In this document: positions 34,131 to 46,700 of the stretch, in pieces
How positions within the stretch are numbered: position 1 is the stretch's first letter
How the letters are laid out: every line of letters begins with the position of its first letter
Origin: Rhizodiscina lignyota
Taxonomy: Eukaryota
Assembly: GCA_010015805.1 (NCBI GenBank)
Contig: ML978121.1
Location: 1,054,001 to 1,118,000 of the forward strand
Direction: 5' to 3'
DNA length: 64,000 bases
Notes under the pieces: model-generated
Told to the model about the DNA's origin: nothing
The model's database searches: none
Seen by the model: only the letters and a program-made list of their open reading frames with translations
Made by a program: the position numbers and the translations under genes

Positions 34131-35449
34131 ATGGGTCTCTACGCATTGGGTTGGAGCATCATGTTTATCCTTTTCGCTTTCCTCGCTCTTGTGATATACG
34201 TGATTTGTTGCGCAAAAAACGTGTCGCGAGAAAGCAAAGAGACCTGGAGAATCAAATTGGTGTAAATGAAGTAGGAGTGGATGGTGGCAATGATACTGTC
34301 TAAAACCATGGTCTAGATGAGGTCCATGAAACGAACGAAAATGGCGGAAACGCTGACAGTCGGCCACTGATTACAAGATCGTCACTAAAGCAGGGACGTT
34401 CAGACAGTCCAGATTCAATGAGCAGCACGAGAGCACATGCGGGCGAACAGAGCAGTGCTAAAAACCTTCTCAAGACGGGTGTTTCGAATATCGAGCAAAG
34501 ACGCAAGGCCAGCTCCAAAACATCGGGGACTGAAGCCGAACGACGTCAGCCACGTGGTATCTCGTCCTCCTTTCAGCATTCACTGTCTCAAGCAATCAAT
34601 TCTGGATCAGCGCAACATGCGGTCCAAGCTGACAGCAGCGTCGTTAGAGCGCTTCTTCCCCTGAAGCAGAAGGGCAATAGCGGCAGTGGAAATGGGAGCA
34701 TCAGTGATATGGCTTCTATTACGCAACCAGAGCGCATGCCTTATGCCTTTAATGGTAATATGTCTAAATCAGTAGCCCAAGGTCGCAAAGCAGGTCCTCC
34801 GTCAAAGAGCAGCCCAGTCGATGGCTCCTCAAAACAGCAACCGATGACCATACCTACGTCAATACCTCAGTCGCATATACGTACAACGGTCGGGCCAATA
34901 TCCTATCTACCACCACTGGAAGAAACTCGAAGACGAGCCTCTCTGCCTAGGTCCTCTCTCCCGAGCACAAAGGTCCCATCTCCGGGTAGATCGCGACACC
35001 ACTCGCCAAATGGACAACGCGAAATGAAGAATAGAAATGGGGCGAAGGTTAGATCGGAACATGGCTCACCAAATCGTCATGAGCGACCATCCTCGAGTCA
35101 TGTCCGCCCAGAAGGACCACGACCTCCTCCACCGAGCAGAGCATCACAAAGTCGATCAAGAGGCGCTTCTTCACATCGTGATTCATCGCTACAGGTGAGT
35201 TCTAGGCGTAGCTCTCCAACCCGGGTTCAGCCAGTGCAAATGGGGAATGCAGGTCCTTATCCACCCTTACCAGCCGGACAATTTCACGCAGCCTTGCTCC
35301 CACCTAGAAACCTTGGTGGATCTAGCGCAACGGTCAATAACTCTGATAGCTACGAGAGCATGGGCTCTTGGAAAGAGCACGAAACGGACCAGCAAATTCA
35401 GAAATGGTTGGACGAGACGGGCAAGAGCGAAGAGAGGAAGCAAGTTTGA
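34131..35449 (+). pseudogene. Single-pass membrane protein with Ser/Arg/Pro-rich tail, disrupted by a frameshift and an in-frame stop
   Basis: TM segment MGLYALGWSIMFILFAFLALVIYVICC, then an A6 run (34214-34219). The shifted frame continues KRVARKQRDLENQ..., hits TAA 34301-34303, then is open into the 34418-35449 ORF. Confidence 0.5.
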
Positions 35450-36906
35450 GAGAAAGTGGCTTGAAAGGAGCTAGTTTCCCGTGAGAGTGCGAGGCCTGCA
35501 ACAGCGTCACTTTCCTGGGATAACAAGAAGCAAATCTTTTAAGTCAGGCCTAGCAAGCTCCTCCTTGACAATCTCGAATGTGAACTCAGCAATATACGGA
35601 AACTTCTTGGAAGTGCTGAATGCAACTGTTCGCACCTGGGAAACTAGCTCCTTCGCGATATCTTTTAGCTCTACATGCATACTGTTCATTTTCCTGCACT
35701 CATGCAAATACCTTTGATTGTCACTGTCGGTCCTCAAGCCGTCATGCGGCTCACCAGATTTATTTCATCTTTGTTCGCATCAATGCTTCTTTTGTGCATC
35801 AGTGGCCTTTGGACAAATTCGCTCAAGACTGCCACGCCGCTGTCAAAGTGAGCCCCGGTCTAGAAGCTCATCCCGTATAATGCAATGCTCACTTCATTTC
35901 TGGCCCCATCGTCTAGTTCTATTCCAATCCAGCCCGCAGACGGAATGTCAGACCCCTTCAAGGTCGCAGCGGGAGGATGAAGAACCTTGCGTCGATATGC
36001 ATTTCCCACGTTTTCCGCTGCATTTCTTATTCTCCGATTGCTGTTGTCCTCTATCCATAGGCCAATTCCTGAACCGTGGAGTTATACTACGCACAATGCT
36101 CTTGCGACGCTTGAGGCAAAGTCAGCAATGTGCTAAGCGCCGATGTGCCTCGCGTTCACGGCAACCGTTGTGGTTCGGCGCGTGTCGGAGCTGCAAAAGC
36201 TTCACACCCATGCCGGCCCATGATTCGCCTGGAACAGGGGTTTTTGCTGTGCTCCCAGAGGGCGAGCAGCAGTTCGAGCGTAAAATGTCACACTGGGGGG
36301 GACCAATTGAACGCGAGAGTGTGGCCTTTGAACGGGCCCGACTGGAGGAGCTGTGGTGCCGCTCCGCACATCACCAGCAGTATCACAGGCACTCCCTATT
36401 TCGTGCGACCTCCTTCGCATCTCTTATACAAGCTTATGAATTCCTCTACCATTTTCCTTTCTCTATTCTCACCGTCTCAAACCCACATCAAAGACTGCAA
36501 GCCAGGATTCGTGAGGTTCAGCCGAGCTGACATGCTTACCACCTCGTAAGTAGCATCGTAGCACCCAAGCCTTACCCAAGAAAGGGCCCCCACGCGAAGC
36601 CGGCTCCTACAGCTGCCGACGTCATCCCCCAGTATTAACCATCGTGGAACTTTGCACTGCTCGCTCGCTCGTCTACTGTAATTCCAAATGTGGCTGACTT
36701 TGCCAACAGTTCCTCTGCTCACTCCTTAGCAACTGTCCACAGATATGCTCAGGGTCTCCCCGGAAAAGCAATGACCGCGAGCATTTAGCCAAGGTGCCAA
36801 CCCCAGAAGATCTAACGGCTCCAACAGCCGATTACTTTCTTACATCTGAGGGGTCCTGTGAAACGGCAACAGTATAGAACCGTGCTTTATAGGGCTGACC
36901 TCCGCC

Positions 36907-38265
36907 ATGGACCCGAGACAATACCAGCAAAGGGCCCGCCCTCAGCAACTTCAGGAGCAGGATTCGAAACAACACCAGCGCTTCTCGTGGCAGGAACCGA
37001 CTGACCCGGACCTTGGCGCGAATCAACAGCGGAATCAGGCGCAAAGAGCTGGGAATTCGCAGGTGGGAGCTCCGCGACAGTCTTGGATGGATACACCAAT
37101 CGAGATGCGCGCAGGACACCAAAACTGGCCGTCCGCGCGACAACCAAGCGAACCTCCGATACCACAGTCTCCCTCTTCCCCAGCATCTTCACCGTCACCT
37201 CCGATCACTTCGCCAGAGAAACCACCAATAAACCCAGAGAGCAACCCCTACCAGAACATCCAAGCGCCAACAAGTACGCACCCAGCTCTCGCATCCGACC
37301 ACACGACGCCACTCTCATCCGGACACATTACACCAGCAGCATCATACGCTGTACTGCCGCAGACGCCCAATGCGCCTCTACCCGCGCAATCACCACCTCT
37401 GACACTACAGACAGGGCGACAATCTAGTCAAAGTCCACTCAGTCCCGGAAGCATGGCGCCAATACCGTATGGCGCATCTCCCGACCACCAGCAACCTGGG
37501 ACCGCAACGACCGCCATCAATACCATCCCCTACACACCCTATTCGAACCTCCAGCACCAAAACCCGACCTCGCCCGACGGTACCGTGCACTCTGCTACAA
37601 CCTTCCACACCCCCAATACCTCGCACCCAGACAAATCCCGACCCTTCGCTCCCGACGACCTCATCTACACCCGCAACGAAGCGGCCGCACAAGTCGCCGC
37701 CCAACAAGAGGGCCGCGGCAGGGCCGACACCACCACCACCGCAGTCTTCACACCTGCAACTCCCAACCCAGCGCCGCACCAGCCCGGCCAAATCCTGCAT
37801 CCGAACATGAAACTCCGACCGCCTGGGTCGAAAGAGCCATGGTCTCACTCCCTATTCGCATGTGCGCCGGACACGGACACGTGCTGTCTGGGTCTGTTCT
37901 GTCCCTGCATCGTGCACAGCCGGACGGCGTACCGAATGGATGCTCGGTCAAATGTGCGAGACCCGACCGATCTGCTCGGCTTCAGCAGTACAAATGCGCA
38001 ATGTATGCTTATGGCGGTGGTCGGTTGCGTGGGATGCCTGTTCCCAATGGTCATGCGAGCAAGAATACGGCATTTGTATAAATTGGAAGGCGGTATCGGC
38101 GGCGATGCAGTGACGGCGTGCTGCTGTTGCTGCTGTAGCGTGGTGCAGAACGAGCGGGAGGTCAAAGGGAGAGAAGAGGGGAGGAGGAGGTTTGCGGGCC
38201 CGGGTGCCGGAGAGGGATATAGAGCCACGACGGGAGAGATGAGATATGTGGCTGGCGGCGCCTAA
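36907..38265 (+). CDS. PLAC8 (DUF614) family Cys-rich protein with long Pro/Gln-rich N-terminus
   Basis: WSHSLFAC..DTDTCCLGLFCPCIVHSR, RARIRHLYKLEG..GGDAVTACCCCCCSVVQNEREVK. Intronless 452 aa. Confidence 0.9.
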   Translation: MDPRQYQQRARPQQLQEQDSKQHQRFSWQEPTDPDLGANQQRNQAQRAGNSQVGAPRQSWMDTPIEMRAGHQNWPSARQPSEPPIPQSPSSPASSPSPPITSPEKPPINPESNPYQNIQAPTSTHPALASDHTTPLSSGHITPAASYAVLPQTPNAPLPAQSPPLTLQTGRQSSQSPLSPGSMAPIPYGASPDHQQPGTATTAINTIPYTPYSNLQHQNPTSPDGTVHSATTFHTPNTSHPDKSRPFAPDDLIYTRNEAAAQVAAQQEGRGRADTTTTAVFTPATPNPAPHQPGQILHPNMKLRPPGSKEPWSHSLFACAPDTDTCCLGLFCPCIVHSRTAYRMDARSNVRDPTDLLGFSSTNAQCMLMAVVGCVGCLFPMVMRARIRHLYKLEGGIGGDAVTACCCCCCSVVQNEREVKGREEGRRRFAGPGAGEGYRATTGEMRYVAGGA

Positions 38266-38744
38266 ACAGACGGAGATTGAAAAAGTATTTGATGGACATA
38301 TTAGATCGGCAGGTGAGAGCTCTGGACATATTTGCCATTTTGTCGCATTTTCTTCTCATTCGGTCTGAAACGAAATTCATGTACGTACTTTATACCCATG
38401 TGTATGTCAATAGGAATGATACCTTCGAAATACTCTGTCTGCATTGCCCTTTTCATAAGCACCAGAATCACTGCACGGCTCGAGAGCAACGAAATATTTG
38501 GCTGCCAGACAAGCTGTAATGCCTTTTGGCGAACAGGTCTTATACTTCAACGTGAGCGAGACTATCTCCAAAGGCTCAGTTGTACGTTCTCTGGAGTGTA
38601 CTACACAAACAGCGAATCATTCAATAACTTGTACACTTTACTGACTGCTGCAACTACACACTTTTGCTGTCCAGTGTCTTGAAAGCTGCGGCCAACTCTA
38701 CTGTCGGCCTCAAGACCCGAAGGCGAACGGGTTCCTCACCTGCT

Positions 38745-39079
38745 CTACCGTTCATCAGAGTCATCCTCCACAACTTCGCAACCATCTGCGGAGTTAGTGG
38801 GTACATAATTGTCACGGGTCATAAGTGACTGAGTTTTCGCCTTGGGGGCTGGGTGGTTGGCCAGGTTAGTATTTAGTCGCGCGTCGATGTTCTCGTACTT
38901 CTGCTTGAAGTACTCCTCTTTGATCCGCGCTTCGGAGGCGAGCATCCCGCCTTGAGGGCCAGGTCCATGCTCTTGGCCTGGAGCTTCGTGCTGGCGAAAG
39001 AATTACCGCGATAAGTGGTAAGCTGGTCTATGATCCGTCTCGTCCTCATCTGGCTGATTGAGTCTGGACGTTCGGGCAT
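38745..39079 (-). pseudogene. Small orphan ORF split by a 1-nt frameshift
   Basis: Two overlapping ORFs with G/C-ending codons join at a GGG run (38946-38948): ...KSMDLALKA/MLASEARIKEEYFKQKYENIDARL... Confidence 0.3.
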
Positions 39080-39565
39080 AGTCACAACATCACGTCACCT
39101 AACCAACACACAAGCAATTACAGTGACTCGTACATTTTCTACTCTCACACACCTCAAGAACTTTGCTGAGAACCCGCCGCTCGCATCCCCCAAACGCCCC
39201 ACCCATGTCCAAGACCGAAAAGAGAAGAGAGAAGAGAAAAGCAGACCCGTTGGGCGTACCACCCATTTTGTGACCTCCCTTCGCTCCGCCGCAAATGCAA
39301 AATCACACGCAAATCGTTATGAGAAAAAAGACGTCCCCGAACAAAGGGAAAACAAAAAGGAGAAGAAATGCCCTATAAATGTCCCTCGCTCCATGCTGCG
39401 AGAAGAAAAGAGAAGAAAACATCAGCCAGCAAGTGAAAATCCGGATGAGTCGCCCAACCTTGCTCCATCTCAACTCCATCGTCGAAAATGCCACCTCTTG
39501 TCTCAATCAATTCCCCATGCTTGCTCCATCTCACCTCCACCGTCGAAATCTCTACTTCTTCTCAT

Positions 39566-41311
39566 CTACAGCACACCACCCGGCAGCGCCGGCGCAGGCA
39601 TACCACTACCACCCATACCCATACCACCACCATCTCTCACAACATTGACATGACCCTCCGCCGGCTGGGCATGCTTCCTCAGCATGAACATCGGCTTCCT
39701 GCCCTCGCGATCCAACTGCTTGAATAGAATCAGCGGCTTCTCGTTCAATCCCAGGCAGCGCTCCTGGTCGCCGTGCACAATGTACAGCGCGTACTGCCGC
39801 CAGTCTGCCGTGATGTTGTACTTCTTCAGCGCCACAGGAAGCACCTTGTGGCAAGGGTCGTCGATAGATACGCGGAAGGATTTGAAGATCTCGACTTGCG
39901 GGTTGCCGCCGGGTTCGCGTTCGGAACGTTCGGAGCGGTCGCGCTCACTGGGGCGTATAGAGCTGCCAGACGACGTGGTCCCGCCTGTGGCTGGGCCGGA
40001 ACCGGGTGTAGTTAGGCCTGCTGCCGTTGCCCCTGTTGGGATGATGCCTGCGGACGGCGTCGCGAGAGGCGCGCCGGTGAGGGTTGAATTGACGGACGCG
40101 CCGGAGGATTGAAGATTCGGTGTCGTGCTACCTTGGATGGAACCGCCTGATAGCGGAGGATCACCTGGGTCGCCGCGCATGCCTCGATTTCGGTCTGCCA
40201 CGATCGTGGAAGCGTTTGACCAGCCTGAGGTGTTAGTCGCCCACGTAGAAGTGTTGTGGTCGTCGGTATTGTGGCGGGATCGAGCTACCGGAGCGTTTGT
40301 GATGTTGTACGCCGGGGAAGTTGGTGATGGCTGCGGGTGTTGTGGCGACGCCTGAGAACCATCGCGCATCTGAGCAGTCAGATGTGTAGAAGCAGCGAGT
40401 GCAGCTGCAGAAGGGTCTGTATAGTAAGGAGACGTTAACATGTTTCTTGAGGGGGTGGTAGAATAGAGTTTCATTGGCAACCAGCCAAATTTCTTCTCTT
40501 CCTTGTTGACAGAATGAGATCGAGCTCTACCTTTGTCCTGCTCTGGGTCTGGCAATGGCTGAGTGTTGTTCTTAGCCATGCGAACCACGGGCAGAAGCTC
40601 CTCGCGCAGCCGGCGATTGTCTTCGAGGACCTTGTTCATGTCCTCTCGAATCTTCGATAGTTCGGCTTCTGCGGCGATGATGCGAGCATCTCGGTCATGA
40701 ATGATCCGAATGATACGAGCGATGTCGTCTTGCGTCGGGATGCCATCACCAGCGCCCGATTCGGCAGCTTTGTAACTACAATTTAGCAACACGTCATATG
40801 TGTATGCGGATCAGGCATACATACATAGTGGGACAAAGTGATCCGGCTCGATGGGGATGTTTTGCTTTCTTTTCAGATCATAGACGCCCTTTAAGATTGT
40901 AAGGCGATGACCCAGGCTGCTGACGCCCATCTCCTTGAGGTCCGCTTGAATGATTGCGATCAGTGCGTCGCCCGTAATTGCCTCCTCTGAACGAGAAATT
41001 AGTATGTCTGTAACGGCTGAGATTCTATCTCATATACCTATGAACGCATCCGCATATTGTGACAGGCCCAGAGAGCCCACATAGTCGGCACACTGCTCCG
41101 CAGACCACTGCGTGATCAAGCCTTTGGGGCTCACGTGGCTTCCACTTCCTCCACTGTGAGTGAATGTCGTCGGGGTGTGTTCTGCACTCGGCGGATCCGA
41201 GTCTGTCGGGCTGCTCTCGAAGTCTGCGGGCATGGTTGGGCTCGTGAAGACACTGCGCTCGTACTCGTCGTCGGCGTCCGAGTCCTCGTGGTAGGTGGAC
41301 TTGTACGACAT
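39566..41311 (-). CDS. STE50: MAPK adaptor Ste50 (SAM + coiled coil + RA domain)
   Basis: SAM domain WSAEQCADYV...ITGDALI...DLKEMGVSSLGHRLTILK. RA domain VEIFKSFRVSIDDPCHKVLPVALKKYNITADWRQYALYIVHGDQERCL...KPMFMLRK. Introns 41037-40987 and 40824-40768. Confidence 0.95.
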
Positions 41312-42909
41312 GTTGACCTGCGATCGGAGGGGAGCAACACGTTTAGTGTTTTGAGGTCGAGGAACACTCGCTCTGCAGTGGCCGGTGGGATTGTAGAAGT
41401 TGGCGGGGTAGGGCAAGTGCAAGTGTGCGCTCTGATATCACCGCTGCCTGTCGACGCCGCAGGGTGCAGTGTCTAGAATGCAAGGCAGAGCCGACGGGGG
41501 TTCGCAGACGGAAGCCCAGGGCCGAGATTCGCAGTGTGTGCCTGAGTTCCCGCAGCGCAGGTGTCGCCGGGGCGGATTCCTTCGGGCTGCTGGACCTCTG
41601 GTGCCGGTTTGATCGCAGGTGCAGACTTGGGCGAGTGAATCGGATCCTTGCTCGAACTGAGACGCAAGCGAGATTCGCAGAGGTGCGTTTCGCTGCCGTC
41701 GCACTTGACACTTCTAGAAACCCGCGGGCTCGAGGACTGTTTGATGTTTCGAGGCGGGAAGTCGCTCGGTCGGTGTCATGTAGAGTGCGGTGCGTGGAAG
41801 GATGAGCGAAGCGCGGCAGGCCTCGTGGAGCGGTGGGCGCTTCGACGGACGCTTTGCGAGGCGAGAGCTTCGGTGGACGGCGGAGAGGTCGAAGACAGCG
41901 AGTGGGAGGTGGTTGAAAGAAGGTGAAGAGCGGGCAGCAGGAGGTGGGCAGTAGTTCTGCGGCACGGTAGGGTTGGTGGACGTCGGTGCAGAGGTCGGGC
42001 GGTGGTGCAGCTTTCCTGTTGTTGCGAGGTCGTCGTTCGTCGCCAGTGCAGCCAATCAGCGCGCGGCGACAGCAACAGTGCAAGCCAACAATGAATGGCA
42101 CAATACGTCCGCACAAGACAGCTGTCAGCAGCCTTAAATTGATCCTCAGTCACTGAGCATCTCGCTGCGTATTACGCCAGTGCTTCCAGCCAATAGTGCC
42201 GCCGCTGCCCGGACATTACCACCGCTTCCATCCACCACTCCCAACCAGAAATCTTAACCCGCCGGCGCACTCAGCCAATCCCTCCACCAAGCTCCAGCAA
42301 TCCGGCTCCACACAGCTGGACTCTCTTCCATCCACTTCTCGACGACTGCCTCATCTGTCTCTCGCTCCAACGGCTCGAACCGCGCCTCCGGATTTCGTGC
42401 GGAGCTCTGACATTCGCATTCGCTCACGCCGCCAGCACTGACCAGCACCGACCAGCACCGATATTGCGGCACCAGCTCGACGCGATATCGATTTTTGACA
42501 CAAAAGCAATTCTTTGCCCCACGCGTCCAGCATTCGCCTCTCGGATTGCACTGTCCGAGGACGCGAAGAAGGTACAGCGCAACGCTTAGGTCAGCCACTG
42601 CCATCCATCAGACGTCGCGCCTCCGCGTTCCTGGGAAGGCGCGTCTGCCACTGCGTCACAGCATCTGCGACATACGGAGTAGGACAACCAAAGCGCCTTC
42701 AATCGCAGCACGGTCCTTGTCCTTTGGATAGCACAAGCTCGCTTGTCCAAAACTCCACATCGTCTTTCCATTGTACGACCCAATATCGAACAAAGGCGAA
42801 CCCAGCGCTGCATCTGGAAGACCGTATCCAGACTCATCAAAGTCCACCTCAGTCTTCAGTATACAACCCGCACATCAAACAAAGCTTCGCACAGCTCTAC
42901 ACTCTCACA

Positions 42910-43386
42910 ATGCCCAGCGCAAACTCCTCCCCCTCAAAGGTCACCCTCCCCGCCTCAACTCTCACCACCAACGCAACGCTGCCCTCAGACCTCCAAGCCG
43001 CGCTCCTCAACGCCCTGCTCGCCCCCTCCTCCGGCGCCATGCCGCGCATTCAGTCCACGCTCTATCACGAGCTCGCCGCCAGCGGCTGGGTCGACAACAT
43101 GCGCGCGCATATCCAGTATCTGCTACGGAGCGGCGAGTGCGGCTCGTACACCGAGGTCATGGGGCGGGTGATGCGGGACTTCAACATGGGTGAGAAGGCG
43201 CACAAGCTGAGCAATGGGGTGAACGGGGTGAATGGGGCCAATGGCATCAGCAATGGGAAGGGGGTTGGGGAGAGGGGTGTCGAGGAGGGTGGGATCAAGG
43301 TGCCGGATGCGGTTGTCAAGGAGGGAATAAGGCTCGTCAAGAGGGAGGTTGACCGGGTGGCTGAGGTGGTGATTGATGATGAGTGA
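42910..43386 (+). CDS. SUS1: Sus1/ENY2-like SAGA/TREX-2 subunit
   Basis: IQSTLYHELAASGWVDNMRAHI..LLRSGEC and IKVPDAVVKEGIRLVK match the ENY2 pattern (SGW.D......VPD.VK). ATG in a CACAATG context. Confidence 0.7.
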   Translation: MPSANSSPSKVTLPASTLTTNATLPSDLQAALLNALLAPSSGAMPRIQSTLYHELAASGWVDNMRAHIQYLLRSGECGSYTEVMGRVMRDFNMGEKAHKLSNGVNGVNGANGISNGKGVGERGVEEGGIKVPDAVVKEGIRLVKREVDRVAEVVIDDE

Positions 43387-43721
43387 GGAGAGTTCGTGAG
43401 GCGTTCGTTGAACGGGGTATATGTGAAACGCGAACCGACCCGTCTGCAGGATGGGACTTTCATGAATCATGATGAAGAGGAAGCGAAATTCGTTTGCGTT
43501 TTCGGGGGTGGAATTCTCATTCAATTTTTTGTCAAGGTCCCAGGGGGATCGTCATCCTTACGCTACACACGTATGTACGTTTCTGGTGAGTTGCCCCCTC
43601 CTCAGTAACTTTTCTTATTGCTCGTTCGAAGCACAATAGCGAGAGCTCGCTCGCTAAGTGTACCGCAGTGCACCGGACATTCCCAGTTCTGCTTCAATGG
43701 CAGCAACAACAGCATCGTCAT

Positions 43722-46700
43722 CTATCGCTCTTTCTCCTTAACTTCCTCCTCCGCTGCCTTCAGCAACGCCGCGTGGCCCTTGCGCACACCGGCCCAGAAC
43801 GACTCCCATGCACGAATCTGCGCATCCTGACCCATGCCGCCAGCATCGCCCTGCGTCTTCTGCGCCGCTCCGTCCTCCCCAGCATCCTTGGCGACAATCC
43901 AGCGTTTGCTCATCATCACTCCGGCCTTGACCACACCCCGCTGCGCCTCGTTTAGCTTCTCAATCTCCTGCTTGACCGCGTTCTCCTTCGGCTTTATGTC
44001 GATGATGGTCTTAAATTGCGCGCAGATGGTCTCGAGACGGGCTTGCGTCTCCTCCGGCGCCAGCGTGATAAGTTTCGACAGCATGAGCAGACACAGCATG
44101 CGGATGTCATGCTCGTCGGCAAGGCCAGCGACCGTACGATCGAAGATGGTAGGGATGATGCTCGTGGCAGCATTGGAGGGGAGATTGTCGAGGAACGAGT
44201 AGAGGGTTTGGTAGGCGGCCTTGCGAATCTCGAGGCCGTCGTCGACGCGGTGCGTGAAGGGACCCATTTTGACCTCGCGCACAAGCTCGGGGCGCACGAC
44301 GGTCTCCTTGACCGCGAGTGGGAGGAGCTGAGTGAGGTGCGGAAGGACAAGATCGGGCTTATTGTGAGATGCAGCATTGAGAGTTGTGAGAGCAAGACGC
44401 AAGTTGTCGAGGTTCGAATCATTAAGCATGGTCGTGAGCATCGGAATGATGATCGGCTTGAGGTATTCGTCGTACGAGGAATCCGAGTCCGCGAGAGTGT
44501 AACGCAGAGCAGAAATAACCATACCACGATAAGAATCTTTTGGATCGTGGAGGAAAGTCTAGAGAGGTTACTATTTTGCACAAGGTCTAGAACGACATGA
44601 CGTACCTGAAGTTGTGGCAGATAGCTCTTTGGATCCACGACTGCCAGCCTGCCTACGCATTCTGCGCCAATGGCCTTGTTATCCTCCTCCTCACTGGCGA
44701 CAATTAGTGTGTCCCACATGTCCTTTGCGTATGGGATAATATCTGACTCGGCCTCAGTATGTTGTAGGATCTCTCGAATCGAGTGCAACGGTAGGTAGGA
44801 TTGCTTCGGATTAGCCTTTGCGGCGCTGAGAATGACTGGGAGGAAATGCTGGACGTTGCCAGCACCAGCACGACCAAGAGCCACCGCCGCCGTAAGAGGG
44901 ACCGTTTCGGACTCGGATGAGAAGTGCTGCATGAACAATTCAGGCTTTAGTGGTGATGATGTCGCCATGCGAAGGCCAGCCTCTCCGAGCACGGAAAGGG
45001 CAAGGCAGCGGCGCTTGTCGTCCTTTGCAGTGTTGAGCTCCTTGATGAAGTCATCCAATTTGACGCCCACGGTCGACGGGCCGGCAACGAGGAGGCTGCC
45101 GATTGCTTTACCAGTGAGATCTGGGTTGCCACCCACACCAAGGTCTTGAAGCAGTGATTTCATAAGAGGGGCACCGACGCCCGCTTGACCAATTGCGGTG
45201 ACGAGGGCAAGTAGTGCATCCAGTGCGTGACCCGTAATCTCCTTCCTCAACAAGCCACAGAAGTTGGAGATGAACTCTTGGTTCACGACACTCTTTGCAT
45301 CAACCCTGACAAAGACCATGAGGATGATCAACGCTGGTCCCAGCATGTGCAAGTCGACCTGCGCGTCCCTGAAGACGGGTAGAATGAGACCCACGAGCTC
45401 CTTGATCGTTGTGCTGTCCAGGTGGCTGCCTGTTGCAGGGTTCGTGCACAGCGTGCGAAGAGCAGACAGGCTAGCACCGCGCAGAGTTCGACTCGCTTTG
45501 CGAAGCTGATGACCTAGTTCAACAGCAGCTTCTTGCACCCAGCTTGACTGAAACTCATCCTTGTTCTTAGCTAGCGCAGCCACAGCCTCGATTGCCCGCA
45601 CAGAAGCAAGTCGTGTAAGCTCATTCTTCAAGCGCTCGAGGATGATATTCAAGCCTTCTTTTCTTGTAGTCTTGGAGAGTAGAGTGTCCGTGCCGCTCGT
45701 CAAGCCTAGAAGCAGACCAAGCGCATTGATAGCTTGTTGTCTGACTTCAAGATCGGCATCGTTTGCAGAGACGCGGTTGACAAGGGCGTCGTAGAGCTGC
45801 TGTATGCTCTCACGGTCAGTACTTGATGGATTAGCATTGCGTGGTGGGCAAATGCTCTTGACAAGTTGCTCAATTGTGGAGATGGCTTCAACAGAGACCT
45901 TGCTGTAGCGATCCTTGGCTGCAGCAATGACAGCTGGTAGAGCCTTTGTCAGATAGGGAGCAAGGGATGCACTCGGATGGAGCTCGACTGCGGCACTGAG
46001 GAACTGAAGGGCTTGAATGCGATAGGTGTTGGCAGATGTAGAGGAAGAGCCACCGGAGAAGCTGCCAGGCTGCGTCTTGGCAGCTTCGACGATTGGATCG
46101 ATGACGGACCCCAGTGAATCTTCCAGGCCGCCTCGTCGAGACTTTACAAGGTCCTTAAGGAGTACTATGGATGCCTGTTTCGTTGGCATTGGAGAACTCT
46201 TGAGGAGGTTTGCGATGCCGCGAACAATATCGGGAGAAAGTTTCGACAAGCTCGCACGTGGACCAGTGGCCGGGGTAGACGAACGCTCTGGCAGAGCAAA
46301 TCCATTGGAAAGATATGCTCCAGATGGATTGTCAAACATGCTGGCGTCGCTGCCTCCGCGGCGTCGCTTTCGGCTGGGAGGACCCATGATCGTGGGCGAG
46401 CTTGGCTGTATCTCCTCGCTGGAATCGTAGACGACGGTGTTGCGGATGAGCAGAGAAAGAGCAGCGAGAACCTCCAATCGAACGCTCTCCTCTCTCTCTT
46501 TGAATCTTGCGATCAATGCAGGAGCAATCTTCTCGTAGAGCGTGCCGTCTTCAAGCAGGTTATTGATGCCGTGACAGCGCGTGGCAATTAGCGCGCTGAA
46601 CACTTTCGCTGCACTTCTTCGAATCTTCCAACTCGCGTCATCCTCGTCGTCAAAGCCGGTCTCTTCCTCAAAATCTTCTCCCTCTAGCTCGTCATCCTCA

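Noticed and set aside
35507..36530. 270-aa + strand ORF and minus-strand fragment MHVELKDIAKELV...
   Set aside because: The + ORF has non-coding-like composition. The minus fragments cannot be joined without stops.
41343..42909. Several 100-260 aa ORFs upstream of STE50 and SUS1
   Set aside because: GC-rich divergent promoter/UTR region; Arg/Pro/Ser-rich translations with no motifs.
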